Source: an uncultured Armatimonadia bacterium
GTDB lineage: Bacteria; Armatimonadota; Zipacnadia; CAVVLO01
Length of the DNA: 64,000 nt
Assembly: GCA_963749155.1 (NCBI GenBank)
Contig: CAVVLO010000002.1
Span: 1,088,001 to 1,152,000 of the forward strand
Reading direction: 5' to 3'
The translations under genes were made by a program, and so were the position numbers. Below, one piece after another: positions 1 through 12,068 of this stretch. Below the pieces are notes generated by a model. The model saw only the letters and a list, made by a program, of their open reading frames with translations. It made no database searches and had not been told where the DNA came from. Position 1 is the first letter of the stretch; each line of letters starts with the position of its first letter.

Positions 1-1838
1 TCGGATTTCCCACTGGAAGCCTTGAGGCCGAAGCAGCGCCAGGGGCTCGAGGGATTTCGCGGTGTGGTGTATGAGGTACGCAAAGCGGCTTTCCAGAACC
101 AGGACGAGGAGCTAAAAGAAGAAGCCGAAAGCTATTTCCGCGAGCTGCCCTGCCCTGCCTGCAAAGGTCAGCGGCTGAGGCCCGAGTCGCGCTCTTCGAC
201 GCTTTCTGGAGTGAGTCTTCCAGAGTTTGTTGCGCTGACCCTTGAACAGGCCTCGGCGAGGCTTGAACGCGCTGGAGTTTCGCGATTCGCAGCGGTTGGT
301 CGCTGATCCGCTGGTGCGCGAGATAGCCTACAGGTTGAGGTTTCTTCTTGATGTAGGCCTGAACTACCTCACGCTGGACCGCACTGGGCCGACCCTTTCA
401 GGAGGAGAAGCCCAGCGCGTACGGCTGGCGGGTCAACTTGGCGCGGGGTTGACCGAGGTGCTCTACGTGCTGGACGAGCCAACTATCGGCCTGCATCAGC
501 GCGACAATGCGCGCCTGGTAGGCACTCTGCGCAGGCTGCGCGACCTTGGCAACACGGTTTTGGTAGTCGAGCATGACAAGCAGACCATCGAGGCGGCAGA
601 TTTTGTAGTCGATTTTGGCCCTGGGCCTGGTGTCCATGGCGGCACTGTTGTCTACTCGGGCGACTTGCCCGGTTTGCTTAAGGCCGAAGGCTCTCTGACA
701 GGCGATTATCTGGCTGGGCGCAGGCAGATAGAAGTGCCCAGGCAGCGCACCGAAACCAATGGCGCCTGGCTGAAGGTAAAAGGGGCTCGTAAACATAATC
801 TGCACGACCTGACAGTCAAGTTTCCAGTTGGACTACTTGACGGTGGTGACAGGCGTCTCGGGCTCCGGCAAGAGTTCTCTGGTCAACTATACGCTGCTGC
901 CCGCGCTTCGGGCGGTGCTGCATGGCAACCGAGTGCCCGGCTGGGTCGAATGCAAAGGGCTGGAGGGCGCCGAGAGCTTTGACAAAGTTATCGAGATATC
1001 GCAATCTCCCATAGGTCGCACTCCCAGGTCCAACCCGGCAACTTATGTCAAAGTGTTCGACCATATCAGGCAGCTCTTCTCCCAGCTGCCCCTGGCCAGG
1101 CAACGCGGTTACAAGCCTGGCAGGTTCAGTTTCAATGTGAAGGGCGGGCGGTGCGAGGCTTGCGGGGGCCAGGGTGAACTCAAGCTCGAGATGCGCTTTG
1201 TGCCTGAGGTGTGGGTCGAGTGCGATGTCTGCCATGGCAGTCGCTTTATGCCCGAGACGCTTGAGGTGCGTTACAAGGGCAAGAGCATTGCCGACGTGCT
1301 GGAGATGACCATCGAAGAAGCCTTCGAGCACTTCGAGAACCTGCCCCAAATCAACCGGCGGCTGGCTACACTGATGGAAGTGGGACTCGGCTATATGCGA
1401 CTGGGCCAACCCTCTCCAACCCTGTCCGGCGGCGAAGCACAACGGGTGAAGCTGGCGCGCGAACTGGCGAAGCTCTCTCACGGTCGCACCCTTTATATGC
1501 TGGATGAGCCGACGACAGGCCTGCATTTTGCTGATGTGCACCAGTTGCTGGAAGTGTTGCTTAGACTTAGAGACAGGGGCAATACGGTTATCGTAATAGA
1601 GCATAATCCCGAAGTGATGAAGGTCGCCGACTGGCTGGTCGATCTTGGCCCCGAAGCCGGCGAGGGAGGCGGCAGGCTGGTCGCCGAAGGCACCCCGGAA
1701 GATGTCTGCGCTTGCCTTGAATCCTTGACTGGGCAAGTCTTGTGCGAAGAACTGGGGATGAAAGCTCCCAGCCAAATCGAAAAAGGGCGGCAAGCGCAAA
1801 CGCGATGCAGGCTAAGTTCACTCCAAGTGAGACTATAG
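1..1838 (+). CDS. uvrA: Excinuclease ABC subunit A, first unit (5' truncated by the window edge; two apparent +1 frameshifts near 285 and 830)
   Basis: ORFs 22-306, 242-982 and 828-1838 join into UvrA motifs: [58 protein letters not shown], Zn finger [21 protein letters not shown]. Confidence 0.9.
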
Positions 1839-4583
1839 AGATCCACGGCGCGCGTCAGCATAATCTGAAGCATGTCAGCGTAAGCCTGCCCAAGCATCAG
1901 TTGCTTGTAATGTGCGGCCTGTCGGGTTCGGGCAAGAGCAGTTTCGCCTTCGACACCTTGTACGCGGAAGGCCAGCGGCGTTATGTAGAGTCGCTTTCCT
2001 CCTATGTCAGACAGTTTCTTGAGCAGGTCCCGAAGCCCGATGTAGATTCCATCGAAGGCCTGCCGCCTGCGGTTGCCGTTCAACAGAAATCGCCAGGGCA
2101 CAACCCGCGTTCGACTGTGGGCACGCTGACCGAGATCCACGATTATCTGCGCCTGCTCTATGCGCGCGTTGGCATGCCTCATTGTCCAGAGTGTGGCAAG
2201 CCTGTAGGCGCCCAAAGCATCCCCGAGATGGTCGAACAGGTGATGGCGCTGCCGGAGGGCACGCGGCTTCTGGTGCTGGCGCCGCTTCACTATCAGCTCA
2301 AGGGAACAGACCTTGAGCGCGCTATGAAGCAGGCCCAGCGAGAGGGCTTCGTCAGGGCCCGGCTGGATGGCGAAGAGGTCGAACTGACCGAGGCACTGGA
2401 ACTGGACTTGCGTCGCCGGCGCCAGGTCGAGATAACCGTTGACCGCCTGGTGGTGAAATCCGAGGCGCGAGCCCGGCTTGCAGATTCGTTGGAGCTTGCC
2501 TTGAGGCTCGCTCAAGGCGTCGCTGCTGTCGTTACTACCGAGGGCAAGGAGCTGCTCTTTTCCGAAGCCTTCGCCTGTGTGGAATGTGGCCTGGCTTTCA
2601 AGCAACTGGAACCAGAAAATTTCTCACCGAACAGCCCTGCGGGGATGTGCGAGGCTTGCAACGGGCTTGGCTTCGCCTGGAGCCTCGATCCTGGCAAGGT
2701 CATCCCGGATAAGCGGCTCTCGCTGGCCAAAGGCGCTGTGGTGGCGCTTGGTGACATCGCCAAAAAGCATCCAGACTGGCTTGACTGGCTTGAAAAGAGC
2801 GCGCTTGCGCTTGGATTCGACCGCAACACGCCTCTTGAAAAAGTGCCCCCTGAGGCGCTGCAAGAATTTCTCTACAACAAAGATGGCCTGATGACCGAAC
2901 TCGACCACGCCTCCAGGCATGGTAGTCCGGGCTTCAGGCGATTTCTGGGGCGGTTTGTTTCCAACCTGCCGTGTAGAGTCTGCAAGGGCGCCAAGCTGCG
3001 GACCGAGGCCATCGCGGTAACCGTTAACGGGCTCAACCTGCCCAGCTTGCAGGCGCTGACGCTGGCGGAAGCCGCAACTTTTCTCTCTGACCTCAAGTTG
3101 ACCTCCAGGCAGCAGCATATCGTGGAGGATGCCCTCGCGGAAGCCAGATCGCGGCTGACCTTCCTGCTGCAGGTCGGAGTCGGTTATCTGTCACTGGACC
3201 GAGGCGCGCCGACGCTGTCGGGCGGAGAATATCAGCGCATCAACCTGGCAAGTCAGCTTGGCTCAGGCCTCACGGGTGTACTCTACGTGCTGGACGAGCC
3301 CAGCATTGGTCTCCACCCGCGTGATACTCACCGACTGTTGGAGGCACTCATTGGGCTGCGAGACCTCGGCAACTCGGTCGTCGTGATCGAGCATGACCGC
3401 GACGTTATCGCCGCAGCCGACAGGTTGTATGAATTTGGCCCCGGGCCAGGGGAGCAGGGCGGCAGCATTGTGACCGAGGGCACCCCTGCCGAATTGGCTG
3501 CCGATGCTGACTCGCTAACCGGCAAGTATCTGTCCGGCCAGCTCACTATCGAAGGCGCGCGCGAGCGGTTGCCACTGCCCGGACGGCAAGTGGCTCGAAT
3601 TTACGGGCATAACTCATCGCAATCTCAAAGCTATTGATATAGCCATCCCGCCTGGGCGCCTGATGTGTGTGACAGGAGTCTCAGGCTCGGGCAAAAGCTC
3701 CCTCGTGCAGGAAGTCGTCTTTCCCGCCCTGGCCAACCTGCTGCTTGGTCGGCCTCGCTATGAGGTCGGTTCCTATAAAGAAATGAATCACGCCAGCCTT
3801 TTCGACCGCGTGTTAAGCGTCGACCAGGCGGGTATTGGCAGTTCTCCGCGCAGCAACGCGGCTGTCTATGTGGGAGCCTTCAGCCACATCCGGGACCTGT
3901 TTTCGCGTCTGCCCTTCTCGCGCCAGCGCGGCTGGAAGCCTGGCCGATTCTCCTTCAACGCGCCCGGCGGCCGCTGTGAGTCCTGTCAGGGGCTGGGAGT
4001 GAAGCTCGTCGAGATGCACTTCCTGGCCGATGTCTGGGTGCCTTGCGAGGTCTGCCAGGGCAAGCGCTACAACCAGGAGACTCTCCGCGCCCGTTACAAC
4101 GGAAAAAATATTTACGAAATCCTGGAGCTGACCGTGGACGAGGGGATGGAGTTCTTCTCCGAGCTGCGTGCCATCACAAACGCGCTAAGTTTTCTGCAGC
4201 AAGTAGGACTTGGCTATCTCAGGCTGGGCCAGCCTGGAAATACCCTCTCAGGCGGCGAGGCCCAAAGGGTAAAGCTTGCCCTGGAGCTTTCCAAACCTGC
4301 CACTGGTCGCACTCTCTACCTGCTGGACGAGCCCACCACCGGGCTGCATTTCGAAGACGTGCGAGTGTTGCTCGTGGCACTGGACAAACTGGTCAGTGCA
4401 GGGAACACTGTTGTCGTGATTGAACATAATCTGGATTTCATCAAAGCTGCTGACTTCCTTGTAGACCTGGGTCCAGAGGGTGGCGAAGGAGGCGGCCAGG
4501 TGGTCGCGCGAGGCACACCAGAGGAGATCGCTCAGACTGCTGGCTCCCATACAGGCGACTGGCTTGCGGGGCGGGCCAGATGA
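1805..4583 (+). CDS. uvrA: Excinuclease ABC subunit A, second unit (apparent +1 frameshift near 3580); may be the second half of a double-length UvrA
   Basis: ORF 1742-3637 has [36 protein letters not shown] and [15 protein letters not shown] 3663-4583 has [10 protein letters not shown] and [12 protein letters not shown]. Confidence 0.9.
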
Positions 4584-5143
4584 GTGAGATACGTTTCGAT
4601 TTTAGTTATAACTGGAGCGACCACAAGTTGCTGGAAAAATGGCTGGCTGAAAGTGTGCCAGCAGGCGGCGTGGTCTTCGAGATAGCCAGCGGCCCCAATA
4701 TCTGCACGCCCTGGACCCTGGCCCGGCTTGGCAGAGGCGCGCGTTATATCGCGATAGAACTAGACTGGGAGCATCTGTTACTGCAGCGCGCCAGCCTCAA
4801 TGGAGAGCCGCAGCTTTTAGTGCTCGGTGATGGCTGCAAGCTGCCCCTTGCGGATGAATCAACCGACGTTGCGGTCTTCCATCATGCGCTAGACGATGTA
4901 TTCGAGACTCGCGGAAAACCTGGGGTACGCCAGGCAGTCACTGAGGCTGCAAGGGCGCTGAGGCCCGGCGGTTATGTGATTTTTTCTCATTGCGAATTAG
5001 TCGGAGATGAAGCAACCTTCGGCATAGATTTGGACTTCGCGATGCAAGTGGGGACCGATTGTGGTTTGGTGGAGGTTCGCCGCGAGTCCGCTGCTGCCCA
5101 GGATTGGTTGCTCGTGCGTAAACCTGAGGAGGTAGTCTCTTGA
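4580..5143 (+). CDS. Class I SAM-dependent methyltransferase
   Basis: VFEIASGP motif I variant, GDGCKLPLADES, ARALRPGG; ATGA overlap with uvrA. Confidence 0.75.
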   Translation: MSEIRFDFSYNWSDHKLLEKWLAESVPAGGVVFEIASGPNICTPWTLARLGRGARYIAIELDWEHLLLQRASLNGEPQLLVLGDGCKLPLADESTDVAVFHHALDDVFETRGKPGVRQAVTEAARALRPGGYVIFSHCELVGDEATFGIDLDFAMQVGTDCGLVEVRRESAAAQDWLLVRKPEEVVS

Positions 5144-6188
5144 TCAAGCCCAGCAAGATGCTCTCTGAGATTCACCAGCAACCTGAAGTGCTGCAGGCGA
5201 TGCTCGATCAAGGCGCTCCTGAGGTCGAAGCCGCCGCGCGGCTCATCAAAGACCGCAGGCCGGCCTTTCTGGTTATGGATGCGCGAGGCACTTCCTACAA
5301 TGCCGCTCTCTACGGGAAGTATCTTTTTGAGGCTTTCGCTGGTACTGCCGGTCTGCTTTACAGCGCCTTCGCTGACGACTCTATATGGGGCGAAGGTGGA
5401 CTATTCCCGGGCAGTGATGATTGGCGTCTCCCAGTCAGGGCGCGAGTGAAGATCTCCTCGCCGCGATGGAGTCCGCCAAAGCTACTGGCGCGGGCACGAT
5501 TGCTCTTTGCAACACGGCCGGTTCAGCCTTGACGAAGCTTGCAGACGTGCAGCTAATAACTCCGGCAGGCAAAGAGCAGGCCGTTGCAGCGACCAAGAGC
5601 TTCACCTCGCAGCTTATGGGCCTGGCGCTCATCGCCGCCGAGGTTAGTGGTTCCAAGAAACTGAAAAACGCCCTGGCCAAAATACCGGCACTTGTCGAAG
5701 GAGCGCTTTCCCTCGAAGCCCAGGTGCTGGAACAGAGCCAGCGTTATACCGCGACCACCAGTTGCGCGATGCTCGGACGCGGTTTCAACCTTGCTACCGC
5801 ATATGAGGCGGCACTCAAGTTGACCGAGTGCGCTTACATCGCAGCTCAAGGCTTCTCGCTGGCCATATTCGAACACGGTCCCAAAGCGCTGGCAGCCGAC
5901 GGCTTCCCGCTGTTTGTCTACGCGGCCAAGGGAGCGGCCTACGAGCAGGCGGGTGAGGCTATCGCTGCCTATAAACAGCAGGGCGCCGATGTGATGGTCA
6001 TCGCCAACTGCCAGCGACTCGTGCGCAAGGGTACCCTTGGTCTGCGAGTGCCTGGCGAGTTCGATGAGGCGGTTTCGCCAATTGTGTTTACCCCTGTTGG
6101 TCAGCTTTTCGCCTATGGGATCGCAACCGCGAAGGGCTATCAGCCGGACGCGCCGCGACTCTTGAACAAGGTCACAAGCACCAGATAA
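5140..6188 (+). CDS. SIS-domain protein, GlmS isomerase-domain-like sugar-phosphate isomerase/deaminase (two apparent +1 frameshifts near 5344 and 5440)
   Basis: MLSEIHQQP, ARGTS, frame-corrected GVSQSG, EQAVAATKSFTSQL, EAALKLTE, EHGP, C-terminal PRLLNKVT; no glutaminase domain. Confidence 0.85.
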
Positions 6189-6206
6189 TTGGAGGCGGCA
6201 GTCACT

Positions 6207-7335
6207 GTGGACTGGCATATAAACGAACAGCGCGTGATTGAAAGCTTCCTCGAGTATGTCCAGATTGACTCGGAGACCAAACACGAGGGGCAATTCGGCG
6301 CTTATATGGCAGGCGCGCTGAACGAGCTTGGCCTGGAGGTGCGCACTGACCAGGCCCATGAGGCTTTCGGGGGCGAATACGGCAATCTTATCGCCTTCCT
6401 CCCAGGCACTTGCGAGGGTAAAAGGGTGCTTCTTTCGGCCCATCTGGACACCGTCGCACCCGGTTGCGGCATCAAGCCGAAGCTCGAGGAGGGCGTAATC
6501 ACCACCGACGGTACAACAGTCCTCGGCGCTGACTGCAAGGCGGGTATCGCGGCCATCCTCAGAGGCGCTGCGAGTGGTGAAAGAACAGGGCTTGCCGCAT
6601 CCTGATGTGCAGCTTATTCTCTCCACAGGAGAAGAATCGGGCCTGTTGGGCGCGAGGCATCTCGATCCGGCCGAACTGGCCAGTGAGGTCGGATTTGTGC
6701 TGGATATGTCGGGTGACGTGGGCAACGTGGTCAACGAGGCGGTGCGGCACGACCGTATCTACTTTGACTTCTACGGGAAGGCCGCTCACGCGGGCGTCTG
6801 CCCCGAGCAGGGCATCAGCGCCATCGAGGCTGCAAGCCGCGCCATCACCAAGATGAAACTCGGTCGGATAGATGAAGAGACTGTCGCCAATATCGGCACC
6901 ATCCAGGGCGGCGTGGCTACCAACATCGTACCGGAGCAGGTCCATGTCGCCGGCGAGGCGCGCAGCCACGATGATGCCAAGTGCCTCGCCCAGCTGGAGC
7001 ATATGAAGCAATGCGCCGAGGAGGCCGCCGCCGAAGTCGGTGCCACGGTCGAGGTGCGCCTCGAGTTCGAATATAACCATTATCTTGTGCCCGAGGATTC
7101 CACCGCGATGAGCCTGGTGCGCGCCGCTTGCGAGGCCACAGGCATCGAATGTAAAGTGCAGCGCGGCGGAGGCGGCAGCGACGCCAATATCTACAACGCC
7201 ACCGGGGTGCCCTCTGTCGTTCTTGCCTGCGGGATGCAGGAGATGCATACCAAACAGGAGTACCTCACCACCCGCGAGCTGGTCCGTGCCGCGGAGTTGG
7301 TTGTGAATCTTGTTCTCGCCGCTTGCAAAGCTTAA
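6207..7335 (+). CDS. M20/M25/M40 metallopeptidase, peptidase T-like (apparent +1 frameshift near 6565)
   Basis: SAHLDTV, LGADCKAG, GEESGLLG, GKAAHAG, GGGSDAN, MHTKQE; GGAGG RBS at 6191. Confidence 0.85.
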
Positions 7336-7357
7336 CCGGTGGCCAGGAGGAACTGAA

Positions 7358-8635
7358 ATGAAAGTTGAGTTGCTTTACGGGAGAGGCCATATCGAGGTTG
7401 AGCTGCCCGACGATAATCTGGTGCAGGTGCTGAACAAGCCCTACCTGCCGCCTCTTGCCGATAGCGGTGCCGCGATGGAAGAGGGCCTGACCCATCCCAT
7501 CGGCGCGCAGCCCCTTTCCAAGATCGCCCAGGGCAAGCGCAATGCCGTGGTTACCATCTCCGATATCACCCGGCCCGTGCCCAACAAAGTAATAGTGCCG
7601 CCAATACTGCGGACGCTGGAAGCCGCCGGTATACCTCGCGACCAGATTACAATCCTCGTCGCGACTGGTATCCACAGGCCTGCGACCGACGCCGAGTTGC
7701 TCGAGATGCTGGGCGAAGACATCGTGGCGAATTATCGCATCATCTCGCACGATGCCCGCAAAGAAGACGAGCAGGTTTATGTCGGCGACACCGAGCGCGG
7801 TACGCCCATCTGGATTGACCGGCTCTACATCGAGGCCGACCTTAAGGTCGTCACAGGGCTCATCGAACCGCACTTTATGGCGGGCTTCTCCGGCGGGCGC
7901 AAGGGTATCTGTCCTGGTCTTGTGGGCATCCCTACCGTTGCGCGCCAGCACGGGCCTGTCTATCTGGAAGATCCCAAAGCCGCAAGCGGCAGCCTGGAGG
8001 GCAATCCCTTCCACGAAGAAGCTACCGAGGTCGCTCTGGGCGCCGGCTGCGATTTCCTGGTCAATGCCGTCATTAACGAGAAGCGCGAGGTCGTCGGGCT
8101 CTTCTGCGGTGACCTTATCGAAGCCCACAAAGCCGGCGTTGAACTGTGTAAGCAGATCGTACGCGTTGAGGTCGAGGAGCCGGTCGATATTGTCGTGACC
8201 TCGGCAGCAGGCTATCCACTGGATTCCAACTATTATCAGACTGTGAAAGGGATGGTCGAAGCCTCCCGCCTGCTGAAGCCTGGAGGAATCCTCGTCGTAG
8301 CCTCCAAGTGCACCGATGGGCTGGGCAGTGAGGAGTTCCAGTCCGAGCTTGGCAAGGCGTCCTGCCTGAAGAGCTATGTGGAATCACTGTGCGAGCCAGG
8401 CTATTTCGTCGTAGACCAGTGGGAAGTCGAGATGCTCGCCAAGGCCCTGAACAGCGCCGAGGCTTACATCTACACCGAAGGTCTCTGCCAGGACGACTGC
8501 ACGCTAGGGCATATCCAACTTGTATCCAGCGTGGAAGAAGGCGTCGCGAAGGCAATTGCGAAACTCGGCGCCAAGGCGAAACTGATCGCTATCCCTGAAG
8601 GCCCCTACGTGATGGGAGTTCTGAGAAGCAAGTAG
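7358..8635 (+). CDS. larA: Nickel-pincer-dependent lactate racemase family protein (LarA)
   Basis: [56 protein letters not shown]. Confidence 0.85.
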   Translation: MKVELLYGRGHIEVELPDDNLVQVLNKPYLPPLADSGAAMEEGLTHPIGAQPLSKIAQGKRNAVVTISDITRPVPNKVIVPPILRTLEAAGIPRDQITILVATGIHRPATDAELLEMLGEDIVANYRIISHDARKEDEQVYVGDTERGTPIWIDRLYIEADLKVVTGLIEPHFMAGFSGGRKGICPGLVGIPTVARQHGPVYLEDPKAASGSLEGNPFHEEATEVALGAGCDFLVNAVINEKREVVGLFCGDLIEAHKAGVELCKQIVRVEVEEPVDIVVTSAAGYPLDSNYYQTVKGMVEASRLLKPGGILVVASKCTDGLGSEEFQSELGKASCLKSYVESLCEPGYFVVDQWEVEMLAKALNSAEAYIYTEGLCQDDCTLGHIQLVSSVEEGVAKAIAKLGAKAKLIAIPEGPYVMGVLRSK

Positions 8636-8660
8636 AACTCGCTCACCCTTACTGGCAGTT

Positions 8661-8693
8661 GAAGCCGCCTCGTTCTGGGGCGGCTTCTCCTTT
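8661..8693 (+). terminator. Putative intrinsic terminator after larA
   Basis: GAAGCCGCCTC-gttct-GGGGCGGCTTC hairpin followed by TCCTTT. Confidence 0.6.
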
Positions 8694-8720
8694 GCGTGGG
8701 GCCTTGAGCCTTGCTATAAT
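8692..8720 (+). promoter_or_regulatory. Sigma70-type promoter for leuCD-der operon
   Basis: TTGCGT (8692-8697), 17 bp spacer, extended -10 TGcTATAAT (TATAAT 8715-8720). Confidence 0.6.
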
Positions 8721-8760
8721 GCGGCTTCAAGCCTGCTCAGGCGTTAAGAGGTGGATGCTT

Positions 8761-10029
8761 ATGCAACAACAGACCCTGGCTCAAAAAATACTGGCTGCGC
8801 ATGTTGGCAAAGACCAGGTGACTCCTGGCGAATTTCTTTATGCTTCACTTGACCTGGTGCTGGCCAACGATATAACGGCCCCTATCGCCATCAAGGTCTT
8901 CCGCAGCCTCGGCGCGGACAAAGTCTGGGACCAGAACAAGATCGCGCTTGTACCCGACCACTCGACGCCCAACAAGGACATCAAGGCGGCCGAGCAGAGC
9001 AAACTTATGCGCGAGTTCGCTCGCGAATATGGCATCGTCAACTATTTCGAAGTCGGGCGCGTCGGCATCGAGCATGTGCTGCTGCCTGATGAGGGGCTTG
9101 TGCTGCCTGGCGACCTGGTTATCGGCGCCGACTCGCACACTTGCACCTACGGGGCGCTTGGCGCTTTCAGCACTGGCGTAGGCAGCACCGACGCCGGCTG
9201 CGCGATGGCGACCGGGAAAGTCTGGCTCAAGGTGCCCGAGACGCTGAAGTTCAACATCACCGGACAATTGCCCAAGTGGAGTGGCGGCAAGGACATCATC
9301 CTCTACACCATCGGCAAGATTGGCGTCGACGGCGCTCTCTATTGTGCGATGGAATACACCGGCGACACAATTACCGGGCTGGATATGGCCGGGCGGTTCA
9401 CCATCAGCAATATGGCTATCGAGGCAGGCGGCAAGGCCGGCCTGATAGCCGCCGATGAGAAGACCCTGGAGTTTGTGAAGCCGCGCGCCAAGCGCGAATA
9501 TCACGTCTATGCAAGCGATGAAGGCGCCGAGTACAAGCAGGTCTTCGACTGGAAGGCCGAGGATATCGTGCCCCAGGTAGCCTTCCCGCATCTGCCCGAG
9601 AATACGCAGCCTATCGACGAGGTCGAGAAGCAGCGCATCCGGATAGACCAGTCGGTCATCGGCTCCTGCACCAACGGGCGCATCGAAGACTTGCGTCTGG
9701 CGGCGTCGGTGCTGAAGGGCCGCAAAATCGATCCAAACGTGCGGGCGCTCATTTTCCCTGGCACGCAGCAGATAGTACTGCAGGCCGCAAAAGAGGGCCT
9801 GCTGGATATCTTCATCGAGGCAGGCGCTGCTTTCAGCACGCCGACCTGCGGGCCTTGCCTGGGCGGACACTGTGGAGTGCTGGCCACGGGCGAACGCGCT
9901 ATCTCGACGACCAACCGCAACTTCGTGGGCCGTATGGGCCACACATCAAGCGAGGTTTATCTCGCCAACCCGGCAGTAGCCGCGGCGTCAGCCATCGCGG
10001 GCTATATCTGCTCGCCGGATTCGCTTTAA
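8761..10029 (+). CDS. leuC: 3-isopropylmalate dehydratase large subunit (LeuC/HacA family)
   Basis: [39 protein letters not shown] aconitase-family motifs. Confidence 0.9.
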   Translation: MQQQTLAQKILAAHVGKDQVTPGEFLYASLDLVLANDITAPIAIKVFRSLGADKVWDQNKIALVPDHSTPNKDIKAAEQSKLMREFAREYGIVNYFEVGRVGIEHVLLPDEGLVLPGDLVIGADSHTCTYGALGAFSTGVGSTDAGCAMATGKVWLKVPETLKFNITGQLPKWSGGKDIILYTIGKIGVDGALYCAMEYTGDTITGLDMAGRFTISNMAIEAGGKAGLIAADEKTLEFVKPRAKREYHVYASDEGAEYKQVFDWKAEDIVPQVAFPHLPENTQPIDEVEKQRIRIDQSVIGSCTNGRIEDLRLAASVLKGRKIDPNVRALIFPGTQQIVLQAAKEGLLDIFIEAGAAFSTPTCGPCLGGHCGVLATGERAISTTNRNFVGRMGHTSSEVYLANPAVAAASAIAGYICSPDSL

Positions 10030-10041
10030 GAGGTGACCAAA

Positions 10042-10545
10042 ATGATTCTCAAAGGCAAAGCCTTCAAATACGGCGACAACGTGGATACGGATGTCATCAT
10101 CCCCGCGCGCTATCTCAATACCAGCGACCCGGACGAGCTGGCTTCCCACTGTATGGAAGATATCGATGCGGGTTTCTGCGATGAAGTAAAGCCTGGCGAC
10201 ATAATTGTGGCGGGAGAGAACTTCGGTTGTGGCAGCTCGCGAGAGCATGCGCCCATCTCCATCAAAGCCTCGGGAGTCTCCGCGGTCATTGCCAGGAGTT
10301 TTGCGCGCATCTTCTTCCGAAATGCGCTCAATATCGGCCTTCCCTTGCTCGAATCGACCGAAGCTGCCGAGGCCATCGCCAAGGGTGATATGGTCGAGAT
10401 AGACCTTACAGCAGGCGAGATACGCGATATCACGACGGGGCAAGTCTTCAAGTCGAGTCCTTACCCCGAGTTTATGCAGAAGCTCGTAGAAGCCGGAGGG
10501 CTGGTCGAGATGACCAGACAATACCTTCGCGAAGGCACTTTCTGA
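10042..10545 (+). CDS. leuD: 3-isopropylmalate dehydratase small subunit
   Basis: [35 protein letters not shown]. Confidence 0.92.
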   Translation: MILKGKAFKYGDNVDTDVIIPARYLNTSDPDELASHCMEDIDAGFCDEVKPGDIIVAGENFGCGSSREHAPISIKASGVSAVIARSFARIFFRNALNIGLPLLESTEAAEAIAKGDMVEIDLTAGEIRDITTGQVFKSSPYPEFMQKLVEAGGLVEMTRQYLREGTF

Positions 10546-10555
10546 GGTTGAAACT

Positions 10556-12067
10556 ATGAAAAGAGGACGCCACAACAAGCCAACCGGCCCGAAGCTGAGG
10601 CCGCCGGGCCCACTGCCGACTGTTGCGCTAGTCGGGCGTCCCAACGTGGGTAAGAGTTCGCTATTCAATCGCCTGATTGGAGAACGCAAGGCCATCGTCC
10701 ACGAGAAGCCGGGCGTCACTCGCGACAGGCTTTATGGAGTATGCTCGCGCGATGATCGCTGGTTCAATGTCATCGATACCGGCGGGCTTGAGGTTGGCAA
10801 GGCTCTCTCCGATTATGCCTCGCTTATCCGCCAGCAAGTCCAGGTGGCTCTTGAAGAGGCTGATCTGGTGCTCTTCATCACCGAGGCGCCCTTTGGTCTG
10901 GTTGGAGAGGACTCCGAGATTGCGCGCCTGCTGCGGAAGAAGGCCAAAAAAGTAATCGTAGTCGCCAACAAGAGCGACGCAGGTCATGAAGGGGTCGAAG
11001 AACTCGAACACCTCGGGCTTGGCCAGCCTTTACTTGTTACTTCCAAGTATGGCGAAGGCATACGACGACTGTGCGCCATCATCGCCGAGCAGCTCGATAT
11101 CCAGATTTACGAACAGCCCGAGCTTGATCAAACCCTGGAGGACACAAGCGACCCCTCTGACTTCAGTATACGTTCGGCTCCCAGGGTAGAAGAACTGCCC
11201 GTTGCAATCGTAGGCAGGCCAAATGTTGGCAAATCGGCGCTTTTTAATCGGCTGGTACAGCAGGAGCGTTCGCTGGTCGCACCAATACCTGGCACCACCA
11301 GAGATTCTATTGATACGGTAATCGAAATTGATGGAAACAAATATCGTTTCATAGATACGGCCGGTTTACGCAAGCGCGGCAAGGTCACAGAATCTCTGGA
11401 ATATTATTCCACCGTGCGCGCGGCCGGAGCGCTTGAACGTGCCGAGGTTGCCCTGCTGGTGATTGACCTCCAGGAAGGCGTCACCGCGCAGGACCAGCGC
11501 ATCGCAGGGCTTGCCGAAGAACAAGGCCGGGCCATCGTCATACTGGCCAACAAATGGGACCTGGTGCGCGAGGGAGTCCGGGAGCATCTCGATAACTATC
11601 TTGAAGAGGGCGAGGCGCCTGACAAGCCAGAGTTCGACCGCAAGCTGCAACAGGCCAGGCGTGACCTGATAACTGATTTCCGCAGGCGACTCAAGTTTCT
11701 GGCATATGCTCCAGTGCTCTTCACTTCGGCTGAATCTGGCACAGGACTCCAGGTCATCTCCCGCGAGCTGGAAGCAGTCCGCGAGCAGTATGAGGTGCGC
11801 ATCGGCACTGGCGCCCTCAATCGCTGGTTGCAAGAAGCTCTTATCGCCAAACCGCCGCGGATGCGCGGCACCCGCGTGCCCAAGTTCTACTATGCCACCC
11901 AACCCGAGGTTAAGCCACCCACCGTGGTGCTTTTTGTGAACGACCCCGAACTGGTGCATTTCTCATATCGTCGCTATCTGGCCAATGCTTTCCGCGAGGC
12001 CTTCGCGCTGGACAAGACTCCACTTAGTTTCATCTTCAGGCCAAGGCCGCGCAAGGAGCGCAAATAG
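10556..12067 (+). CDS. der: Ribosome biogenesis GTPase Der (EngA)
   Basis: Two GRPNVGKS P-loops, DTGG/DTAG, NKSD/NKWD, C-terminal KH-like domain (HFSYRRYL). Confidence 0.95.
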   Translation: MKRGRHNKPTGPKLRPPGPLPTVALVGRPNVGKSSLFNRLIGERKAIVHEKPGVTRDRLYGVCSRDDRWFNVIDTGGLEVGKALSDYASLIRQQVQVALEEADLVLFITEAPFGLVGEDSEIARLLRKKAKKVIVVANKSDAGHEGVEELEHLGLGQPLLVTSKYGEGIRRLCAIIAEQLDIQIYEQPELDQTLEDTSDPSDFSIRSAPRVEELPVAIVGRPNVGKSALFNRLVQQERSLVAPIPGTTRDSIDTVIEIDGNKYRFIDTAGLRKRGKVTESLEYYSTVRAAGALERAEVALLVIDLQEGVTAQDQRIAGLAEEQGRAIVILANKWDLVREGVREHLDNYLEEGEAPDKPEFDRKLQQARRDLITDFRRRLKFLAYAPVLFTSAESGTGLQVISRELEAVREQYEVRIGTGALNRWLQEALIAKPPRMRGTRVPKFYYATQPEVKPPTVVLFVNDPELVHFSYRRYLANAFREAFALDKTPLSFIFRPRPRKERK

Positions 12068-12068
12068 G

